From contig OZ260662.1 in assembly GCA_965285935.1 (NCBI GenBank), positions 77,748,001-77,812,000 of the forward strand: a DNA stretch of 64,000 bases, given 5' to 3'. This DNA comes from Ophelia neglecta. Taxonomy: Eukaryota. A program made the translations under genes and the position numbers. The notes under the pieces were generated by a model. It worked only from the letters and a program-made list of their open reading frames with translations, was not told the DNA's origin and made no database searches. Below are positions 51,601-64,000 of the stretch, piece after piece (the stretch's first letter is position 1; each line of letters starts with the position of its first letter).

Positions 51601-54600
51601 CCATTTTAATACCCATTGATCAATGCTTTTATATTCGGCTTAATAGGGCAACACAAAATGTTACCACCTCTGACAGATGGTGCTTCTCCCCGTACCACTA
51701 CAGGCATATGCCTTCCTATTTCAATGAGCCTATATATATTCAGGCAACCACTAAGCTTATTCCACGTTTGAAATAGCAAATCCGGAGTTCCTCATACAAG
51801 TGTTAGGCCGTATCCGTCTAAAATCCCCGGGCGATCATTTATGACTATTATAGTTAATCTGTGAGGGTGTTGAAGCGAGAGATGAAGCAGATGTAGAGAG
51901 TGGATTATCTGGGGGGAGAGGCGTGATAATCTGAAGTCTTCTTCTTATCCTCTGCTTCATGGCACAGAAAAGAAGGGTAACTAAAGGGCATTGGCCGCGG
52001 ATCATTGACAACTACAACACAAACACGTGGGATTATACACGGTGGGTGAGTAAGGGGGTGGGAAGGCTCCGACCATCCCCGGGGACAGCTTAAACCGCTT
52101 ACACGGCTCGCCGGGACACCCACGGGCGATGTCGGCATCAACAACCAACCATTGGGATTGGAAGAAAAGACAACTTTGATTGATAATGACTAAAAACAAA
52201 ACAAATGAATAAAGACCCTCACTTGTGTTTTTAAATCACCACCCTTTCACCCGGCCACTTCCCTCTCTGTGAATACAAAAAATCAATTGAATGAAGTTTT
52301 AAACCACGTTATTGTTCCTAATATATATGTACAGTACAGCTGTCAATTTGAAATCTTTATGCTGTCTTTTTAGGTGTCAGTAGCCTACTGACTAGTATGC
52401 TCTGTTGTCTCTTACAACGGACATGCAATTCTTGAGCAGACGACATAACTACATAGCTGGAATAAGCCTTCATTTGTGCTGGCACTTATGTTTCAGTGAT
52501 TATCAATGTGATGAAGAATTTCGGCAGACAAGACACAACACATGGTAGTCTCCTCCCTCAACTATTGGTAATATTCAGAGGGCATATCGCCGAAGACATC
52601 TCTAACCGTTAGTTAATAGACATGACAGAGTTTTTATGTCAGATGCAGTTGAAGCCAGTTGGGTGTTCTACAAACCGCAAAGTGCAGTCGAAAATTAGAC
52701 AAGATAACGATTTAATGATGAAATATCTACTTCAAAACGTTCTTAACGAGAGGATGTTATGAAAAGGCTTGATCATTGTCTTATCAATTTCCTCGTCCTA
52801 CAAGACCACATCTTTTCAGGGCGAGATGAGATAATTCGTTTATGACCAGTTTATAACGGATTAGGACTTCCTCTCTATCGTACACTCCCATTGATAAGTC
52901 AGAGTCATCCCAGCTTTATTGACACTCCAACAACATCTTGTGAAGTTTTACAGTTGGCCTAAACGGAAATCGATTTATTGTAATATTCTTCATCTGAATT
53001 TTCAATTAAGCTGAGAGACATATTTATATGCCTAGTGTCGTGCCGAGAGCTCAATCAAAACCTATGTAAATATAAAAACCAAGCTTCTTTATAATTGGTT
53101 AATTATTCATATTTCGCAATTGCCAACGCATCGTTAGTTTCTTTTGAAAGTTCTTAAAAATGTCAGGCAAAGTTATTTATTGCTTCATCTCGACGTTTTT
53201 AAATAAACATTAGCTGATGAATTATCATTGATTTTAAAGAACTCTGATCTGTATACATCTCAAGTCATCTTCACGCTCGCGAGGTCTTCAAGTTTAACAG
53301 TTTTGCCCAATCTACTGGAAGTTTAACTGCCTTGTTCGACAGACGGCTAGTTCACAAATACGAGCAAATATTGACGCTTGCTTTCACGGCGCCCTTTTTT
53401 ACACGTTGTAGAAGTGTTCTATGCAAACACACTATAAGACCCTTGCTGTGAATTAAAAAATCATTTGTTGATTTAGTTACTTTTCGCCTCTCGTGTCTTT
53501 GATAGGGACTATAAAGAGAACGGGCTTGTTTAGAGTGGTAAGTTTGTTGTGTTCATTGTGAGTGACTGCTGCATTATGGGAGAGTGTAGACTTCTGCTGG
53601 GATGCCGTCCAGGATCGCAGTTTGATGGTTATTTAGCCCAACAGGTCTATCGCTCCAGTGTGCAGCCAAAACACCACTATTGCGGCAGCCATGGTTGCCG
53701 ACAAGAATTTTATTATTTTCTGTCCTTATCTGGTGTTGTGATCGACATGATACCTTGTCGCACAACGCCAATGACATCAATTGACCAATTTTCTACCTGA
53801 GATGATCGGTGTCTGGTGAATAGGGCCTGGGGAAACACCTGAGATCTTACAATGATACACATTGATAGGGGCATGATTGCTTCAACGACCTCATACATCT
53901 TATGTGAAGCGAAGGAGGCGAAGTCCAAGCCGAGAGAAGAAGATGTAGAAAATGTTTGCTAATTTGGCCATTTAGTATAGGACTCGACTAGCAGACCCAA
54001 CACATATCTCGCTTGTACTTCATTCACCAACACTCTATTCACCCCAGGCTGCCCATTCTTTACCATTCTTCATCGAGCTACTTTCAGCACAATAATAATA
54101 GTTCTGGCCTTTTGTTCCAAGCAAAATCGGCCATGAATGCATTAAGAATAGAGAATGGACCGCATTGAATTGCGATTGAAGGTATTCGGGTGTACGAGAT
54201 TCCCCACTTATTTCACGCGGTTGCAGGAGGGTTGTGGTCTGCGAGGACCAATGTTTTCTCAGTTAGAAGGAGCCCGCATGTTTTTCTGGACCTGCTAACA
54301 TTTAACCGTCTTACTCCCTGAAATGAGTCACTTTTCTCCCCGAGACCTGGGTTTGTTTTGCGTAGTTGCTCAAACACATGACTTTGATTAGTATTTCTGT
54401 TGTCGGCAGGTGTGACAATTTAGTACCAGTAACTTCAGTTAATTAAGAACTCGTTAGTCGGGTTGTCATTTTAGTTAGCCCTGTTAACATCTTTCTTTAG
54501 ATCTCACTAACGCTCCAATGAAACATTGAAGCAACTATTGTGTCGTGGCCTCGGTAGCAGTTTAAAGATTTCCTCGGCACATCTGTGCATCAAATTCAAT

Positions 54601-55004
54601 ATAATTGGAAATTCAAGCTGGAATATATTGCAAAATAAACCTGACATCCATCCTAAAGTTTTACTTCGGGCTAAATATTAGACACCCCTTGGATTGACCC
54701 CACCGAACTCAAACCATATATCAATCCCACTAGCTCTTGACCGGCAATGCTCGGTTGAATTTTGTTGTATTTTATTGGACATACAGCATAGCATGTCAAG
54801 CGTGCTGTTCACTATATTGATGTCTATTCAGATCCTCTCTACCAAAAGCAAAATAGATAATTCAGACAGTAAACTAAACAGCGTGGGACAAACACCAGAA
54901 AATACTCGGTCAGTACGACGGTTTGTTGGTATATGTATATGAATGTTATCGAAAGTTTGTAAATTTCATAAGGAAAATTCATTGACTATGGCATATGATC
55001 TTGC

Positions 55005-55140
55005 AGTGACGCATGCGTAATGCGGGTTGGTTAGAGGCTTTTGTTTGGACAGATGAGACACGGTCTTGCCAATCAAGCGAGCGTTAGCCAATGAGCGTGC
55101 GGCAGCGATTGGCTCCGGCCTAGCCCCCTGGCTGGGAGTC
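55005..55140 (+). promoter_or_regulatory. Putative Zic proximal promoter
   Basis: ACGCATGCGT palindrome (55009-55018, NRF1-like); CCAAT at 55069 and 55088; ATTGG at 55108; GC-rich; ~550-650 bp upstream of the ATG. Confidence 0.55.
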
Positions 55141-55656
55141 CTGGTTGGTGCGGTGTTTAGCCGTGAGGAGCATCCCCGATGGGCACCAGCAGTACTACCG
55201 CTATCAACAGGCAGTGCCCATAGGAGGCACCGTGACACCAGCAGAATTCTCAAACACAAATTAGCGATCAACCACAAGAGGAGAACAGTGTGATCTTGGA
55301 CAGTGCCGATAGCAGTGCGTCTCTCAGCGTTGGCCACTCGAGAAGCTATTCAATCTGATCCATGGGGAGACCCAAAGCCGGAGAAGGCAGACAGCGCCGA
55401 AAGAAAGTTTGACACCAGCAGGGCCAGCGTGAACACACGTAAACAAACTCAGCCTGGAACTCTTAAGTTGGTTACTTAACACTTAGCTCAGTGACTGACA
55501 AGACCGAGGATCGATAACTTTTGCCGGGATTTGGGTTTTTGGACTCTATAGGGATTCTGTCTGAATCCTTGCCCAGGATTAACGCGAGTTCAGCCCAGGA
55601 CTTTGTCAAAGGTAGGATCAACATTTGTGAATTGAGGACTTAGCAACTTAGTGAAG

Positions 55657-56548
55657 ATGCTCAATCCGTTTATGGAGACTGCGCACTCAGCGCACCTTCC
55701 CCCGGGGGCCCTTAAACTGTCCCCACCTCATCATATGGGTGACGCCGGGGCTGCCCACTCTCAGACCGGTCAATACGGAGGACAGACTAATGGCTACCAC
55801 TCTCATGTGGGCAGCTACGCCGCCCGGGACTTCCTGCTCCGGCGGGACCATGTCAGCCCGTTCGCCGACCACCAGCCGTCGTCACACCACGGTATGTCCA
55901 GCATGTTTGTACCGTCCAGCGCCGGACTCCATGGGCCCCACCACCACACAGACCCGGTCTCTAGTCATGTCCTCTACCCCGGAATCCACGACACGGCACA
56001 CCATCACGCCGCAGCCGGACACGTTAACGGCCAGATGAGGCTCAGCATCCCCGGGGCCGACCTGTACTCCAGGGCCGACCAGTTCAACCAGATGACCAGT
56101 CCCCGCACTGACCATTTCAACTCTCATCACCTCAATATGAACATGAACCACATGAACCCTATGAACCAGCTCAATCATATGAACATGTCGCACGGCCCAG
56201 GGGCTTTCTTCAGGTACATGAGACCCCCGATCAAACAGGAGCACCCATGTCTGTGGATAGACAATGATCAGCAAGATCCCAAGAAAACCTGCAACAAAAC
56301 TTTCAGCACCATGCACGAAATAGTCACCCATATAACCGTGGAGCACGTGGGGGGACCCGAGCAAACCAACCATACGTGTTACTGGCAAAACTGTGCCCGA
56401 GAACTCAAGCCCTTCAAAGCCAAGTATAAGTTAGTTAATCACATTCGAGTACACACAGGGGAAAAACCATTCCCCTGTCCCTTCCCGGGCTGTGGAAAGG
56501 TGTTCGCCCGCAGCGAAAACCTCAAGATTCACAAGAGAACACATACAG
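55657..56548 (+). CDS. Zic: Zic / odd-paired family C2H2 zinc-finger transcription factor, coding exon 1 (partial gene: ZOC, ZF-NC, ZF1-ZF3)
   Basis: ZOC-like [12 protein letters not shown]; [18 protein letters not shown]; CxW fingers 1-2; [46 protein letters not shown]. First in-frame ATG is 55657 (upstream TGA at 55633). Phase-1 donor G|GTTAGT at 56549. Confidence 0.97.
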
Positions 56549-59500
56549 GTTAGTTCAGTTCAATCTTCTTCTTAAACATGGTAAATAAAGAAAGAGAGCA
56601 ACGATTAGTGCTACATAAATGAGCGTCCGAATTGACGCATACAGCAGGGCAAATATAACAAACACATCTACCAAAGATACTCACTCAGGCCTCTCCGAAT
56701 AACATAAAACTCTTATACTGAGCTTGTTGTTCTCCTATATTAAAAATTGAAGAAGGCTGTCCTTCTACTATTCCAATCTCAACAAATGGACTATGTCTCA
56801 GTTAAATAATTATCACGGCTAAAGCGACGGTTAGCTTTCAAAAGAAGATAATAACATGACAGACAGGTGACATACGGCCCGTCTCGTACGGAAACCAACC
56901 GAGCAAAATACGCAAGTTTTGCCAATGTTAGTTCTTAAACTATAAATCAGTTTTCAATGATGCTGTGAAATTCTAAACTTCATTATAGGGCCTATTTCAG
57001 ACTAATAAATACCCATTAATATACTTCTATTAGTATCGTGTAGCAGATGTAATGTACGCCCGAACAAACTTTTTATAATTATTATAAAACACACAAGGAT
57101 GATACAGCTGGGTGCAAATTATTTCTGCTCCATATCTCTTGGAATTTAATTCAAACAATGAATGAATTTGAATTGAATCAGACTTACAATTACTTACGAC
57201 CTTCCCTTGATAAGCATCTCTTAAGAGACTAAATACTCTCTTGTCACTATTTCCACAAGAATTCTGACTTAATTTGGTGGCTTACACGTTTTACTTTAAA
57301 AGCATTTACTGTCATTTACGAATTCCCACGTTGGTCTATTCACCTTGACTTGATTAAATGACATTTCTTTAGAATCTGGTATTGTTAATGTTGTCCGTTT
57401 GCCCGATCTAATGACAGTTTGAACCGGTATTGCTGTAGCTTAAACATTAAACCTGGTTGGAAAATATATAGCACATCTTCAGATTGGGTTGAATTTCTGT
57501 AGGAGAATTTATCATTTTCTCGCCCTGGGGCGTTGAAAGTCGCAAGTTTCTTCAAATGTGATTCATTTGTTAAATGATTGTGGAGTGGAAAAGTGGTCTG
57601 GTCGAATGGCTCTTTCCACTCTTATTTCCCCCTTAATTTCATTGTATATTCCAACACATTAGATTCGAGGATGATGTTGCCGAAGGGGGAGGACAATTTG
57701 TACACATTAGAAATGTCTTTAGATGGCTGCAACCCGACACTGAATACCGGTGGTGGGATAGTGTATGGTGCTAGATTTTCTCTGGATTTCAGTTTAAAGC
57801 GTCCACCCCTGTCTATAATTAAATAATGGTGGTTGGAGGAGTGGAGAGGGTCAAGGTAGTCTGATATGCGGGGGACGAATCACTTGAGAGCCGTATCAAG
57901 TGCTCCCCAGGCCTCCTCACCCTTTCTTCTTCTGATAGCCAAGGTAGAATTTACACGGCCAAATCCCTATCTCCTTCTCTACTAGTCTAGTGTTTATATA
58001 CCCAGGTCCAAGCCAAATAAATATCAATCTCCTGATTACCTACTCTATGCCGTCTGAGCTGTGTCCAGATCTGTGAACCCTTCGGACGTTTGGCCACTGT
58101 ACAAGTTAATCGTCCGGAGATGGACATTTTACCCTTGACCACCATCTCTTGATAAAGATCTCGGATGCAGACCATAGGACAGCCAAGAACTACACAATAA
58201 CCAACACAGCTTAGTGCTATTTCAAAACTATTTCAATCACTGGCAAACGGGAATTAACAAGTCGATATTTGCAGGGCATCAACTACCACAAGAAAATGTG
58301 GTAGTTCTACCACTAAAATGTCAACTAGACAACCCTACCCTACACTCCAGTTATGAGGATGAATCCGGTCGGAATTATCCCAGCCAAATCAGTTGTACCC
58401 TAACTAAATGTAGGTTTAACATCTCGACCGAATCTTTTCAGCTCGATAAGGTCATTACTCGCCTGAAAACTATTCGAAAGAACCGAAAGCATAATGCTTT
58501 TATCGACAGCCTGTCCGAGGTTTAGAAATTTGCCGACCATGTTGAATTTGTGGTATAAACGCAGCCTCTCTCCTTGATGGTCGACATTGTCCGGACTATA
58601 AAAGTTGTAATGGATTTAGTGTCTCAATTTCATTATAATGACGCCAATCTATCGATTCACTTTTGACACAAACGAGCCAGAAACATGGCGAGTTTGACAC
58701 TTTTACCAAAAGGCCACGATCGTTTGGGGAAAGCTTTTCTTCCCGTGAATCACTTGTAAATACACAGTCGAGGTGAACTCTAGCGGCTGTTAACGTCTTG
58801 AAATATGAAATATGCCGCCTCTTTCACAGCTTTACTAGATCTCAATAAATGTTGCATATCACGCTTGAAATATGAAGACAACATATTAACAAACCTGGCC
58901 AGGTTTTTCAAGGGTAGGCCCTGCCCCAACGCATGTGGTACACATATGCGTAATAACAGGAGTTGTTATTTCAGGCGGTAGAGCTATGGTTTTTTGCATG
59001 TTGCTGAAATACTGCAACACCGAAACGATGTCTTGGAGGCTTTCTCTGAAATCTGTCCTCAAAACCACCCAACAACAGCGTATCACCCGTACACTGGGTA
59101 ATTACATCGTTTAATACTATGATAACATACTCGACTGGTAATCGGAATTTTTGGGATTCATCTATACACACAAACTATAGAAATAGTTTGTGCAATTGCG
59201 CTCTACGAATCGTTATAGCGTGTACGTATAGTTGTATACTACAGAATGCACATTTTAGTGTGCATATTTCTCTTATTTCTCAATATGCTCGTTGGATTGG
59301 GTCTAACTTGCCACTAATTAGATAATATAGCCTATTACGCGGGCACGATTTACTTTATTTTACGAGTTCTTGACCTAAATTAGCACATAAAATTCATAAG
59401 AAACGTTTTCTTGCCTTCTGCTGGCCAGGGAATATCCAGTATTTGTGATTCTCAATCAATTATTTCGTCCGTTTTTCGGACCAGCTTTCTGGGACGAATG

Positions 59501-62500
59501 AGTGGGATCTAGCGGGCTACAGCTGAGTTCAGAAACCAGATCCTGCCCAACAGGTGAAGGATCATCTCGGCTCGGTGCTGCCTCGCCTCTGAGGGAGATT
59601 CGATGCGACAAGTGTGTCTGCCAGATGGACCTCTAAATATCTCACTCATGCAACAACTACACAGTCAGTGCCCCTAATACCGCTTCACCCCTACACATAA
59701 AACTAAAGCCATGCTCATGATTATATTTATATCGTGCCTAACTTATTCTTACAGAACTGTATTTGAGAGATTATTTTATTCTCCCGCCTAAATTCGTCTG
59801 GCAGGCAGCAATGTAGGCCGTCTGCTTTGTCTGAGAACATATAGCCCTGTGACATGAAGGAATTAACCGCGTTAACACCTTTCTTCGCTGCATGTTTTCC
59901 TCAATTTACTAAAGGTCTATAGGTACATCTTAAATACTATAGGTATATTATGCCTATACTGGTATTTCAGACGAGAAATTTTTTTCAAATTAAGAGCTTG
60001 AATAATGTTGCACATTCAGATTCTGACATAGGCCTAGGTATACCATAGGTGTGTAAATATTATAAAACCTAGCATCGTCCTAGTCTTCTTCTTAACACGC
60101 CTGCATGGCTCTCACATGTGGGCGAGGGCTGGTGGAGGAAAACAACTGGAACCAGGGAAAAGCCTGCCCAAGAACACCGCTCTTCAACAGACTTAGTAAA
60201 TATTTTCTAAATCCCGCAGTTTTATCGCTCCAGTCATAAAGTGATCTCACATTTGCTGGAAAAACCCCCTCGACATTGGATCAATTTTCAGTCGCTGATG
60301 TCTAATGTGTACACCCCACCGCTTGTATAAACCTTCAGAAGTCTTTAGACCTGCATTGCTAATTGTCAAAAAACACAAATCCGCCAATTAAGACATCAAT
60401 GACAAGATTGTCCCTATCTGCTAGCCTATCGATGTATTACATACGTGTTAAAATCCAGTAGCAATAGATTAATGGTTATATAGGGGCCTGATCCTGTTAA
60501 ACGGTAAACCTAAACCGTTATTGGCCCCAATCTATATAGGACTATTGTGTGGGTAGTGGATACAAGACACTGGAGATAGTCTTTCATTTGAATTTTTTCA
60601 GTATTTTATGTCCACTGTTGGTTTAAGAGTGAGATGCTAATTTTATTGGAGATCAGTAGCTAGTCTGTTAAAATTTCACTGACAAGTGTTGCTTTGTTGT
60701 AGAACATCTCGTATTGACCTGCAGGTGGTAAATGGGTTTATATACAGTGCTGAGGTTTCCGCCAAGTAAATATTGCTGTTTGGTCAGACCTGCTTTCAAA
60801 GCCTTGTATCTTCATTGAAATACGTGTACGTCCCACAAATGTTTACATTATACTGCTGTACTTTTAAAGAACCAGAGGTTTAGCAATAAAGTTATTCAAT
60901 TCATTCAACACAGTTTAGACACATAGTTTACGGACAAGTGGCCCGGGTCAATTGAAATTCTTGCCGAGGTTCCATTCAGCGGAAACTACATTTTCATGTA
61001 ACTTAAAGAGCGCCCTGCGTCCTTAACATTGGGCTAATACAGTTTTAATTGCAACATCAAGTGGGGCCCACTCGGTGTCATCTGCATTCGACGTTTATTA
61101 TTGGAATCTTGAGGGGGTCAATTTATGCTATTCTTGACGGGACTGGCTCGAATTTCAGCACAGATAAAGCCAATGTTTTAATTATTTAATCTGGCTATCT
61201 AATCGCGGAGATTTCCGTCTTTTCCCGCTTAGACAAACTTGCCAGATCGGCTAGGTTTGTTGACGATCAGAGATTCACATGTGGAACGAATGAAAATCGT
61301 CTAAAATCACCGAATGTTGAAATAATTGTGCAATAAGATCCTCAGATACAACATGCCACCCCGAAGTCCAACACAGATAGTCATGGGACCAATTAAAACT
61401 AGTTCCTGTCAACAGGACTGCCAATGCAATTTGATTTGATAACATTTTCCCTGATTCTCTGTTTTGTACTAACTTAAAACCACTTCCTGCACGGATATGG
61501 ACAGACTTTCCCTGACAACCGCACCCATCACCCTATGTTTTTCATATTGAGAATATCGTGGACGAGAGGGGCTGTCATTACCTTGAACCACTCGATCAAT
61601 TGTGATGAGTTTTATATTGAGAGCCAATTTGTCATCTGGTGCCTTATCCCTCCAGTCCATCGGACTTTATCTAAACATTTCACTATATTTGTTGATATTA
61701 CTACACTTGAAATTAACACATTGCATGTGGGAACTGATAATATTGATGTTTAGTTGATGAGTTGAGCGGGTAAATTGTATCTGGATAATATAATCGAGTA
61801 GCTTTTGTAGGACACATGTTGCCTTTTCTATGACACACTGAGAGGAAGGAGTGTTGTAAACATTCCCATTCTAGCGTTCTTTATTAAATTATTATCACCG
61901 CTCTTCATGGGTGCTTTGTTGCCAATCTTTGTTGTGGCCAGTAATAGCTGCTCCATAATGCCTCTTTTCTCTTTCGGTGCTCATGGAATAAAACGAACAC
62001 GGTGGGACAGTTAAATAATATATAACATATCTGAATTGGGAGGAAGCTTGACAAGCCCTTTCAGGGTAGAGGCATGTACATAGGTCTGTATCTCAACTAC
62101 AACATATCAATTATCACAGCTTAAACAACAATTCATGAATGTGAAAACGGCCTGTCACAGGTGTAAAAATGCTGTTAGCTTTAGCCTCAGAATAGGGCTC
62201 ACCTACATAGGTTTTAAAATTAACTCTGCTCCCATGTTTCTTGTATCTTCAACTTTGACCATTGAACTGAGGATTCTTTCACAATCAATCTTGATGATAT
62301 TTTGGAACTATAAAGCTTACTATTACCAAAATCGAAATATTCTAGACATTAAACAAACAACGCACATGGCTTGTTGTGGATAGAGCTGGAGGCCTAGGCC
62401 AAAATAATAAGACGTTTAGTCGTCCAGGTTGTGGTTGTTAGCAGATCAGTTGAGCTCCAATGTAGTACATCCCCTGCCAGTTTTGCTTTTTCTTCACCGA

Positions 62501-64000
62501 CCCCTTCGCAGTAGGCTTGAAATCCACCCGGATATCTTGTATTATCTCTGCACACCTTTACCGCCAAAATTCCTGGCAATAGTTGTGGTTCTCGCACGTG
62601 TGGAGTGTATACAAGACACCGAAACCACCTGAGAACCGCCGTTCTAGCGAGGAGTTAGGCTGTTATCCGGCCGGACGGCTACACCCAGCCGGCCCTTGCT
62701 TAATGTCTTACATATGTCCAGCTCTAATTAGTACCACAGTATGTTTGTTCTCGCGCCACTCAATAATCCCGTGTTTATTTTGCATCAAATGGTGACCATT
62801 TCAATTGGGATCATCCTGTGAGTGGTAAATCCGAAGTGCAAAGGGTTTTTCTGGGATTATGGTGTTTTTCTTCAGCAAGGATGGTATTCCTCGAAAATTG
62901 CAGATGTCTTAAATTACTCACTTCCTTTGATGTGAACAACGATGAATCGTTTGGTCAATCCCTAAAGTCAAATTTAAGCCGTAGTTTCTATCGTCCCTTA
63001 TCATAGGGTTGTAAACTTGACGCCATAAACTTAATTCACCCTCCACGTGCAAAGCGATATTTCATTTCATCCGGTGTGCCTTATTCAACGAGTGAAAACA
63101 TCAGAGCGCGTACGAGCTTATCTCAGGGGAGAGGAGTGACTTTGATAGTCAATAGTGGGTATTTTATTACACGGAGTCTGTTTCTATTGCTGGGTTTTAT
63201 TTGACTTATTTACCCCTATGAGTATATTATTGCCGCAATCGACTGTAAACGAATACGACTGGTAGCCGGGTGTTACGCAAGGCACCGTATCACCGGGAGT
63301 TCATTAAAACACTTCATTTTCCCAGCACTGTCAACCTTCTGTGAGTGGAAATTATGGGGTAGGCCTACACCTGATAGAATTTACTAACCAGTCAGTGTTG
63401 GTTGGCGAGAAACATTGTTGCTGCTGGAAAATATAACTATAACTGGCAGACATTTCGCTCTAAATAGATAAATAATTGCTTGTGTGATTGAATTAAAATT
63501 CAAACGGACGACAAGAGCGCCTAAGTGGAATTAGCCAAATTAAATGGGAAAATAAAGCCAATTCATCAGGAAAAAAGAGAGTAAAAACTATGCGAGTTAA
63601 ATTAAAGGAATCGTTGGGGACTGTTTTGTTCCTCCCCTGGGCGGAGTGGCACACCTGCCCGTGGGTAGGAGGGCAGTCGGGCCCTCGCCCTGGGGAGGAG
63701 GGCCCACGCTACTTGGTACATCTGTTTTAGGGCAGATAGTGCTAGGGTAGACAGGTGAGGCCCTGAGAATAGGGAGCCGGGGGTGGCCCGCCCCTACTAT
63801 TATGTCAACATGTGTTGAAAGGACCAGTTAACTCCCGAGTTCATTATTGTCCGACCGACATGTTCCTGTCACTTCATCATAAAGGGATTAAAACAGGAAA
63901 ATTACACATGCCCGATATGACGGCTTTTGACTTGCCGGGCCATTTCCATTCTTTGTGCAAAGGGGCTGGAAGTAGGCCACGAATTATAAATGGCGTCTCA
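56549..64000 (+). other. Zic: Zic intron between ZF3 and ZF4 (at least 7.45 kb, runs off the window)
   Basis: Donor lies at the phase-1 position in the HTG linker conserved in bilaterian Zic genes; I found no EKPFxC...FANSSDRKKH exon downstream. Confidence 0.75.

Noticed and set aside
55651-55656. GTG start for Zic given by the ORF track
   Set aside because: An ATG with A at -3 lies two codons downstream (55657); nothing supports non-AUG initiation.
55882-56388. 168-aa antisense ORF over Zic (and similar shadow ORFs over FMO and CRT-like exons)
   Set aside because: Expected shadows of coding sequence with no independent features.
56549-64000. Zic as a truncated three-finger gene or pseudogene (stop at 56551-56553)
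   Set aside because: The stop lies inside a canonical donor at the conserved intron position; exon 2 most likely lies beyond the window.

Overview
This is AT-rich, intron-containing eukaryotic DNA from a bilaterian invertebrate; a spiralian/lophotrochozoan origin is my impression only. All three genes are on the + strand. (1) A complete 6-exon flavin-containing monooxygenase (FMO5-like, 534 aa, 1467-4992) whose first intron must use a GC donor. (2) A complete 4-exon CRT-like (chloroquine-resistance-transporter-like, DMT superfamily) membrane transporter (482 aa, 9184-13132). (3) The first coding exon of a Zic/odd-paired zinc-finger transcription factor (55657-56548), ending at the conserved intron between ZF3 and ZF4; exon 2 is not in the window. 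About 42.5 kb with no recognisable gene separates the transporter from Zic and looks like the Zic cis-regulatory landscape. It contains MITEs, a minisatellite-bearing element, a 173-N assembly gap, a strong CTCF-like site, TALE/Hox site clusters and a dense palindrome cluster. Two words are strongly over-represented across the window: GTCGTCTGC (9 exact copies) and TAGGCCTA (20). I found no prokaryote-type system (CRISPR etc.) and no tRNA, rRNA or miRNA I could support. All counts are by eye.
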